A stretch of 64,000 bases of DNA from positions 1-64,000 of the forward strand of contig ADNK01002265.1 of assembly GCA_000320545.1 (NCBI GenBank), in the 5' to 3' direction. The notes under the pieces are model-generated. The model made no database searches, was not told where the DNA came from, and worked only from the letters and a program-made list of their open reading frames with translations. The stretch is from Bigelowiella natans CCMP2755. Taxonomy: Eukaryota > Protista > Cercozoa. Position 1 is the stretch's first letter. Every line of letters begins with the position of its first letter. Made by a program: the position numbers and the translations under genes. This document shows, piece after piece, positions 55,007-64,000 of the stretch.

Positions 55007-55606
55007 TACAATGCGTCGCTCGATTCGAAAATGTGTTGCCACGTTGTTGCGGTAAATTATAGTAAGTAATGGGATTATAATATTACTAATCGATTATAAA
55101 ATTACAACATATACAACAGTACCCTTTGATAACAACAACAAAAACAGAAATCTAGAAAAAAAAATCAGTGTAGCTTGTAGGATATATTCTGTATAAAAAA
55201 ACTATCCAAATGAATAAACTATTGCAAAAGCAGAAAATATGAAATGTTTCTAAAACCTTTGTCGTAGAACTAAATTTGCCTATTGTTATCGGTGTACATT
55301 CATGTAGATTTTTTTTGAAACAATCTTGAATAATATACCCCTGAACTTAGTGCTTCGGAAATTGCTTCCGGCTGCGTTCTGAGCTTGTTCAACACGCAGC
55401 TTGGTAGACCCAATCGTACGTGCTCGTTCCTATTACAAAGCGTTTGCTGGGATCGCTGTAGTCCAATTAGAAGTAAAAGAATAAAAGAGTGATCGATTTG
55501 GAGTTGTGCACGCTCTTGTCGTACGGATACGGATAGAAAGCAAATAAGATAATTGTCGAATCATAACTGTAACAGGAATCTGCTGGATCTAAACTAATAA
55601 CTTCTG

Positions 55607-57401
55607 ATGACGAGTGTGAACTCAGAAAGTAGTAACAAAATGTCTTCGAGGGGAGCAGTAGTAATGGAAGGTATGCTTCAAAAGCGAGGAGCGTACAACA
55701 AGGACTACAAATCTCGGCACTTTCGTCTTTATGGGCGGTCATTGGCCTACTTCAAGACAGAAAAAACTACGAAGGCTCTAGGGGACATCCCCTTGGAAGG
55801 GACTTATCTTCTAAACGATTCGAAATCTGCAGGGTAACACTACATCGCCCACTATCTATGGAGAGAAGACGGTTTCATTTAATAGTTATTATACTTAGTT
55901 TCAAGATACTGACAACAGCAAGGACATACTACATAAAAGCTCTCGATCAGAATCTTGCACAGGTACTTAAATCTTCTAGAATACAGTCGCATATAAGATG
56001 AAATTATTAGAAATGGATCGTGGCTCTCGCAAACTCTACTGGTGTCTCAGTGGACGATGAAATAAATGCAGTTAAGCATGCACTTGCCATATTCATATTC
56101 ATTTTACAATCTGAAATCAAATTACGTTAAGTTTCGGACTGGCGAGGCTAAATCTTTGGAAGATGCACATCTAAAATGTGACGCACAGAGAGCCAAATTT
56201 TTGCTCAAGTATGGGCAAACAGACACGAAAGCCGGGGTACAGCAATATGAGTTGTGACGTTGTGACAACTTATGCTAATTTTATTACATCGAAATAAAGG
56301 AATCCCCAGCAACAAAAATACTTCTATCTGGTTTTCTACTAAAGCGAGGAGCTTTCAACAAATCGTATAACAAGCGATTCTTTCAGCTCACGGAAAAAAG
56401 TTTTACATACTTTAAGACCGAAAAGGCCAAGAAATCTAAAGGAAAAATAGATATCGAGGGCGCAACTCTTGTCACAGAAAAAATTGTGAATGAAGGAAAT
56501 TTAGGGTATGCAACCATGTAAATTTCAGTATAAGTGAAAGTATGGCAACTACTACGATCTCATTTAATTTTTTTTGTGATAAACAAAAGGTTCAAAATTA
56601 TTTCACCTTCTGAGGCTCGGACCTATTATTTAAAGGCAGAAAGTGAAAAGGATTATCGGGTAGGAATGCTAGTGCTAGTGTTAAATACGAACATTTGATT
56701 TTTAACTAAAATTGTCCTACTATTATGGAGGTATGGATTAAGGCAATGATATTGTGCCCCGATTTAACTCTGGATAGAAGTTCCGCGCTTATTCGTTACA
56801 CCGAGGTAAGTACTTGTATTTGTAGTTCATTCATAGTTGGATCAAACTAAGTCTTATCAGGATGGAGGAAGAAGTGAAGCTCAAGTCAGAGACCCTGCTG
56901 TTGCTGGGGGTTTGATTTCGCATTCAGTTGGAAGTGCAACTCCGCAAATTAATTCTTTTCCAGAAAATGTTGTAGACAATCCTGTATCGCCTAGAAACCT
57001 AACTGCAACGGGAAATGATAAAGAAGAGGTCGAATCTTCGGAAGGAAACAAGAACACAAAGGAAGTTAATGGTACAGGAGAAGATGCTGACGATGGTAAC
57101 GACGCGGAAGATGAAGGCTACGTTGTTGAAGTTAAGGGACATCCCTTCGGAATTCGGGTTCAGGATATGGATATAATCCGGGTTATAACATTTTCGAGTT
57201 TGTATAACTTGAATTCAGAAAATAATAAACATTACTTGGCAGGTACAAGGTCTTGCTAAAAAGGCTGGAATAAAGGTTGGAGATAGAATTGCTGTGATAG
57301 CAGGCCAATTGGTAGAAAACGTAGATCAGCTCACCGAACTTTTCACCCAATCGGAGGTTCCTTTTAAAATGAGACTTTGGCGTCCAAAGGTATATGGAGA
57401 T

Positions 57402-57457
<56 letters not shown>

Positions 57458-58522
57458 GATATTATAGTTTTCACGCACATTTACAATACACATTTAAATT
57501 GATAGGACGGCCTCAAAGAAGAAGACCATTCTCGTAAAGCGTCAATCCTTGAAGATATTAGTGACAAACAAACCGGTTCTAAAAAACATGCCGAAGATTC
57601 ATCGGCTGCGGTTGAAGGAAAAGCATCAATACCATCCATGATAGAAAATGAGAAATCTGAGGAATTGGGTACTGATCAGCCCATTACTGAGAAATCCAGA
57701 AAGAATTCTACAGAAATTAAGTCTGATAAAAACAAAAATGATTACGCGGATGAAAATGGAGTTGAAAGCAAGGATAGCAGCAACCTTCCACTCGAGGCAG
57801 AAAGGAAAATGCCGGAAGAAGTGGATCAAGCAGGTAAAGAAGGGGGGGAAATGCCGGAAGAAGTAGATCAAGCAGGTAAAGAAGGGGGAATGAGTCCAAA
57901 TGACAAGGAAAAAGTTAAAGAAGTGAACGAAGATGTACCAAAAAAAGTGAATCAAGCAGATAAAGAAAAAGAAAAGGGTGCAGAGGATAATAATAAGGAG
58001 GAAATTAAAGACATTAATAAGGATAAGCCGGAAGAAATAGATCAAGCAGATAAAGAAGGGAAAAATAAAAATGATCAGAAGGAGGAACAAAAAGGAAGCC
58101 CAAATCGTAAGACTGAGGGTATCTCGGACTTGGATGAGCAGCAAACATCTAAAGAGAAGGATCAAGAGGCTTCAAATAAATTGGATGGAGTGGTTGATAA
58201 GAACAGGGAGATACAACCAGGAGGCAAGAAGGAAAGCGTCGATTCACAAGCTTCCAAAAATGTCACACAGCAAGAGATGGATATTGAATTGAAGGGGAAA
58301 GCCAATACGGAACTGAAACAAACCGCTGAGAGCGATAACACTGAACAAGGCAAGATGAGCAATATGAAAGAAACAGAAAAAGGTGTGAAAGACGATGATG
58401 GTGGCAAAAAAACTTCTCAACATGTTATCAAAGAAGATAATAAGCCCAAGCTAAAAAAACTTAATGAGGAGGAGCAAGCTCAAGTTGCTGCAACACCCAA
58501 TTCGTGTTGCATTGTTTCCTGA
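55607..58522 (+). CDS. Tandem PH-PH-PDZ protein with acidic/Lys-rich tail and C-terminal CaaX box
   Basis: PH1 is MEGMLQKRGAYNKDYKSRHFRL..GDIPL..RTYYIKA..KWIVAL. PH2 is SGFLLKRGAFNKSYNKRFFQL..KGKIDI..RTYYLKAESEKDYR|VWIKAM. PDZ is KGHPFGIRV..|GLAKKAGIKVGDRI. The protein ends NSCCIVS*. Confidence 0.88.
57809..58060 (+). repeat. Coding repeat (M/K)PEE(V/I)DQA(G/D)KE, 2 near-exact and 2 diverged copies
   Basis: MPEEVDQAGKEGGE x2, then VPKKVNQADKEK and KPEEIDQADKEG in ORF 57638-58522. Confidence 0.85.
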
Positions 58523-58529
58523 AGAACAC

Positions 58530-59975
58530 GAGCAAAGCACAATCGTTATCGCGTGTGCAATGCAAAATGCTTTCATCCATCAGGATTTACTTTCACACAA
58601 ATCAATAATTTATTAATATCTTGCTCAGTCCATGCAGCATGATCAATGATGTCTCAGAACAGTTAAAAGTCAATACATACACAAATTATAACTTTCAACA
58701 TGGAGCATTGAAGTTTGAACTTGGTCACTTCAATCACTGTAGTCTGATGAAACGCACTTCGCATTGCCACCTGCTTTTGTCTGCATGAGCATCTTGATGA
58801 AAATCGACAAATGCGATTCTAATTTTTTGCTACCTGTTCTAGTGTTTGCGTGTTTCCTCATAAACACCTAGTCAGATCTAGAGATGTCACGGCACCAGTT
58901 TTGCGTTCATGTGGTCGCGGATCGTTTTGGCTGCAGCATGCAAAATCGTTGAAAAAGACTTCTGCTTTTGTGCACCCAGGTCAGCACTGCTCCAGATCGG
59001 TCGTTGCTAGTGTTGGAACGCATGTACGAAATAAAAGGGAGAAAATCGGTTTTCCTTTCCTCAGGTTTTTCCAGATTAACTTCCAAGGGCAAAGAGATTT
59101 GGATGGTTGTGACATGACGCTGCACATCAGTGCTAGAGTGGAGACTGCTCAGTTTGCAGTTCACAACAGATCCAGCTGGTCTACACGATGAACGTTCTAC
59201 TCATGTGCCTGCGTGTCCAGATGTCATTGCCTACTGCGAAGTTGCGGGAACAATTTTTGCGCAGACATTGAGAGTTGCACATTGAACGCATGCGAGTGAT
59301 GAACATGAACAATGTGAAGTGCATTGAATGTATGCATTGCATCGACCTGTGCAAATTTGCCCAGCTAGCAAGTTGTCATTGCTCACGTTCAGGTTTCAAG
59401 AGTCCACACTGTGAACACCAAGCCATGCATGATCCTTTCGACTGTGCCAATGGAAAGTTTCACTTGTTCATTGTTCATGCTGTGGAACATTAAAGCGTTG
59501 AACGAATCATCGATGCAATCAAGCTGGCCAGCTAGCAAGAATCGTCTAGCCGTGTGTTCACTGTTCTACTGAACAAGTGAACGAGCTGATTCCAATTTCC
59601 AATGCTGAAATGGCACTTGGAATGACGACAGGATGACAGCTAGACAGGACTGGAGGAGAACTTCGGACAATGGACCCTACACTTCGCATTGATCCAAGAT
59701 GAGGATGAAGATGAACAAAGCATTGATCAAATCTATATGCGCTAGAACCACAGGGATACAAGCATTTGTGCTTGCACGCAGCAGCGTTTCCACCTCCTTG
59801 CACATCCTTTGACTCCCCAATTGACAGGAGCATTGAACATCGAACAGGAACCAAGCGTCACTTGCTGTGTCATTTCATCCTTACGACAGCGCAAACGGGT
59901 TGTCGTCGCAACAAATGACGGACGAAAAGGTGAGATGAAGCCAACTTTTGTCAGGAGATGCAGCATGTTGATGCC
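58530..59975. other. TpA-depleted island 5, possibly a decayed gene or transposon relic (tandem gap)
   Basis: Hand count for 58741-59940 gives about 27 TpA in 1200 bp, about two thirds preceded by C. The ORFs at 58850-59191 and 59275-59493 contain no Tyr and excess Cys/His. Confidence 0.7.
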
Positions 59976-60055
59976 GATTTTATATTATTTATTTTAAATA
60001 ATTAGTCGCAAATCGAATAGCAACTTCTTTTACTTTGCTGGAGCACTGGTTAATA

Positions 60056-61146
60056 ATGGCCCACCTCCCCGATAGACAGGCATCGTAGCGCAGCAAGCAG
60101 AACAGGTGGCTGTCTCGATGAAGAGAAAGGTAATCATGTCCCCTTATTTTTCTTCGCAATGGGTATGCAGTATTCGTAAACTTTGCGCCGTATTGTACGC
60201 AGAAGCAAGCACCCGAGAGCTGCAGATCTCTCACCGTGATATCCATTTTGCTGGAGAGCTTTCCCGGGTTGCGTAACAAAACGAAACTCTCACGAATTCC
60301 TCACGATTGTAAAAACTAACGCTCACTCAAATCACGTACACAAATCTCAGTCTTCTCAGGCCACCGGCCCTTATATCACTTGAGTGCACGTGCCAGTATT
60401 TCCACCAGCCCCGCCGTCGTTTGCGTTCTTCGTCTAGGGTACTATTTCTCAATTTAATTGTTACATCTTCCTGATTAGCGAGGCATCTCGTTGGCTCCGT
60501 GTAAGATATTACACTTTGTACTAATAATGGCAATCCCCGCAAGAGCTTCTTCTTCCCGTGACCTTGCCCTCGCATTGTGGTCATGTGCCAAAGCAATTGC
60601 AGATGCCTTACTCCTAACCCTTAACTAATACTAAATAACAGGTGTCCATTAAGCCCTTGTCACGTATCGAAGTGGCCGCTAAAGAAGCAACGCGTCAAAT
60701 CTTATCCGCTAGCAAAGTCACTCGCTTTCCAGGAGAACAATGGAAGGCCATACACTATCTCATTTTCAAGCTGGCTAGTGCACATTTGACTGCGTGTTTA
60801 CACGGATCTCCTGGTCACGACAAAGCTGTTCAAAGTGCGTAAAAGAGAAAAATGCAAATGATTTTAGAGATAGGAAAACATAGAGGGGGGGGTTGTTATG
60901 AAAGAATTGGATTCTTATTTTCTGAAAGAGACGCGAGCAAAGGAAACAATAATACTGAAGAGAGCTGCTCTCTTTATGAACCAAAAACTAAAGATCCCAA
61001 CTGTGAGGCTAACAACTGTCTTTCATACTGCTTTTGGCAACTGTCTTTCATACTGCTTTTGGAAAATATGTCATTGGTGAATTTTTTTAATAATATTTTG
61101 CTCTTTATCGCAATTACACGCTGAAACGGATTAAGAATAAAAAATA

Positions 61147-61188
<42 letters not shown>

Positions 61189-61978
61189 TGTTCTATTCAA
61201 ATATGCACGAACATATCTAGGCCCTCCTCCTACCCGTATTGCACTGCGCTCAGCAGGAAGGTTCTATAGCCCTTGTTGCAACCATGAATCATTCAAAAGA
61301 TAAGGATAGGAGAAGAATAGATAGAATAGCACTTTCAATGGGGGGAGGATGACCGGCAAGGGGGGGGACAAGGGAGTGGCAATACACAACCATTGTACAA
61401 CAGATCTTTCGATACGAAGTGATATCTTAGAGCCCTTGGTACTACTTGATAGGGTGCTTCAAATTATCGATGAAAGCAAAGACGAAGAAGAAGATAATCG
61501 TTCTTCCAAAGAGGGCCTCGTAGCCGCCACAAAGCAGTTTCGAGCCTGGTTAAGTACACTGAGCGCTAGAGGCCTGGACTACAAGCGGCTGCTTTCGCCC
61601 CATAGAGTGCTGAGAGTAGGTGCGTGTACACATATGCTTGTCTATCTTTCAATAAGCATAGAGGCATGATTCGAGCAATTATTAAAGGCACTCGTTTATC
61701 GGTAAGAGAATAACCCTGAGACTTCAAATTAGGCGAGCTTCTGGCAGAACTTGGAGAATTCGGTCAATCCGTGAGATTGATGGACCAGAGCTTTCCTCCT
61801 CCTCCTCCTACTACTACTACGACTAAGAAATCAACAGCGACAAAGCAACCATCAACAGCCGCATCACGTATTACCACAGCTGTGACTTCTATTCTCAACC
61901 GCATCGTAGGTAGGAATGGCTGAGCAGAAAGGAGGAAGAGGAGGAGGAGAAGGAGGATTCTTGAGAGTGATAGGAAGG

Positions 61979-62016
<38 letters not shown>

Positions 62017-62160
62017 AATAATTCAGTATTCATGTATTGGTGTGCGTTGTGTGTTGTTTCTGCAGCACTCGCTTTAGAGCGTACTAACCCTCTCATACCA
62101 TCTCAGAATAGTTATAGTAGTAGAAGTAGTAGTAGTAGTGTAGTAGTAGTAGTAGCACAA

Positions 62161-62200
<40 letters not shown>

Positions 62201-62482
62201 CGCCTCAGGTGCGCCGAGCAGCTCAAGCACCGATATCGAAGGCAACCAAGGAGGAGAAAAGAAGAATCCGGAAGAAGGCGCAGTACCTCCAGGGATTGTA
62301 GTCGATTTGTTGGAAGCCAAAGGGAGAATTCTCATCAAAGAACTCTACAGCTCGACGTATGTGATGACGCTGTAACACGACAACAGCAAAGATCCATCAG
62401 AAATGAAATGGTGATAGGTCTGTTGGGGTTGTGGAGGAGCGTTTGATGATACACACACATCTCATGATAAATCAACCTAGCA

Positions 62483-62520
<38 letters not shown>

Positions 62521-63245
62521 GCACACGCGCACATGCCGAAGCCCGCAGGGTTGAATTTGTCAAAGAGGCCATCATCCATGGCTGAAGTTGCATGGTACTC
62601 TAGGTATGTTACAGATAGAGCTGCAGATCGCCGATCATTAAGGTGTCAGTATATCTCTTTTTCCTTCCTTCAATATGAATATGTTATTATTCTAAAAAAC
62701 ATGATGGTTCTCGACGTTAAATCTACTGTCCTAAAACAATATTTGCACTAGTAATGCCGTTCAATCCGCGAGAGAGGCAAAGCTGTCGCAAAAGAGGCGT
62801 CTCAGTGCCTTTGAAGCGAAGGGTGAGATATATGTTGAAGATGGATATTTTTGATGATAAGCAATGGCTGATTGTTAGATACGACTACTCCTTATCCTTG
62901 TTCTTCAGCGGTTATACGCACAAACACGTAAACACACGTGCACGTAAATCCAAAGCAAATAATGAAGCAGCATTATTCGCGCAATAGGCCTTCCTGTACC
63001 CCTGGAAGATTGCTTGAGGTTCCTTGCTTGCAGGGAGACTCTCGGTAGGGCTCTGGCACTTGCAGGGCAGTATGGATTTATGATATCTGGCTTCATCTCT
63101 CGGAGGGTACTACATGCATCACGATTGATGGCAATACTCTCTGTGTGCAATGAACGTGTGTTTCTTGTGCGGATGCTGTCTTGTGGGTAGGCCTTGTGGC
63201 CTGCACTTCTCCTACCATCGAATGGGCAGCAGAAACAATGTGCGA

Positions 63246-63280
<35 letters not shown>

Positions 63281-64000
63281 GTGTGTATCTGTGTGCGTCT
63301 GTGGGCCGATCCCCATATTATTAGCGTTGACATTAGTGTGTTGGTACTACGGTGCTTGTACTTCAATGCAGTCCGCACTTGAGGCGTTTAACGAGGCTGA
63401 CCGGGAATTGAAATATTGCATAAATACCTGGAGACGTCGGGTTGATGGAGAGGAGCTGCAGGGGCAAGGGGAGATGTCGGTACCCAAACCATCGTCATAT
63501 GCTGCTAAGCCATCATCATCATCATCATCATCTGCTACTTCCCCCCGAGAGCACAAACTACCTAAAGATGACGATGCGAAATTGCCTGGTCAATCGAAGC
63601 AAGGAGAGCAGCAAGGGCAAAGGAGTGCATTGTCCGCTACATCCTCCTCTGACATCAAAGGACTAGCTGTTTCCTTAGCAGGTAGGATGATGCGTTGTCG
63701 GGGGCACACCTCTGCCTCTTGCCTTTTGCCTAAGTACAATAATCTGAGCATGCAGCCTGCTTCTTCTTTCTGCCTTTGTTGTTGATGGTGAAATTGTTTA
63801 ATTCAATCGAATTTAACCGCCTCCCCCAGCCCTAGCGGAATTGCGGTATTGCCAAGGCAGCGTGAGATCACCACTGGTAAGATATGTGATACATCCTTGC
63901 ATTCGTAAGAGGAAGAGGGGGGGGGGGGAGGTCATGTGAATGGACGGTGATAGCATCGTAATCGATGTCTCTAGTTTTTATACCTTCTTCTCCTTTTTTG
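60056..64000 (+). CDS. 5' part of a large helical (TPR-like) protein of unknown function, continuing beyond the window
   Basis: AG/GT-bounded exons at 60642-60839 (VSIKPLSRIEVAAKEA..), ~61404-61616, ~61733-61908 (GELLAELGEFGQSVRLM), ~62988-63105 (CRETLGRALALAGQ) and ~63372-63681 (SALEAFNEADREL). The start and exon chain are not fully resolved. Confidence 0.5.
61013..61062 (+). repeat. Exact 25-bp tandem duplication (intronic)
   Basis: caactgtctttcatactgcttttgg x2. Confidence 0.95.

Overview
AT-rich, intron-dense eukaryotic nuclear DNA with GT-AG introns, the standard genetic code and abundant microsatellites. It is probably a protist, possibly chlorarachniophyte/rhizarian-like, but that assignment is weak inference. 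Manual splicing gives ten genes. (1) 3' end of an unknown gene (+, to 1059). (2) Prominin-like 5-TM protein (-, 2086-11314). (3) A ~23 kb multidomain gene (+, ~11718-35078) with Tudor/SH3-like, 4 ankyrin, La motif, PDZ and 3 copies of an RxDP..EW motif. (4) Signal peptide-TPM(MOLO-1-like)-TM-RING protein (-, ~36880-43410). (5) Claudin-like 4-TM protein (+, 44000-45317). (6) TPR protein (-, 45962-~47023). (7) MAP kinase with a TQY loop (+, 47500-49743). (8) PRCC homolog (-, 51094-55006). (9) PH-PH-PDZ-CaaX protein (+, 55607-58522). (10) 5' part of a helical/TPR-like gene (+, ~60056 onward). The first nine genes strictly alternate strand. The main unexplained signal is that all four tail-to-tail intergenic gaps, plus one tandem gap, are sharply bounded islands. 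TpA is strongly depleted there and CpA/TpG enriched, except in CTAG, which is enriched, often as (CTAG)3 arrays and at the centre of palindromes. This looks like the footprint of a TpA-directed DNA modification or mutator acting at transcription-termination zones, the mirror image of fungal RIP. Exon structures and dinucleotide counts were done by hand and are approximate.
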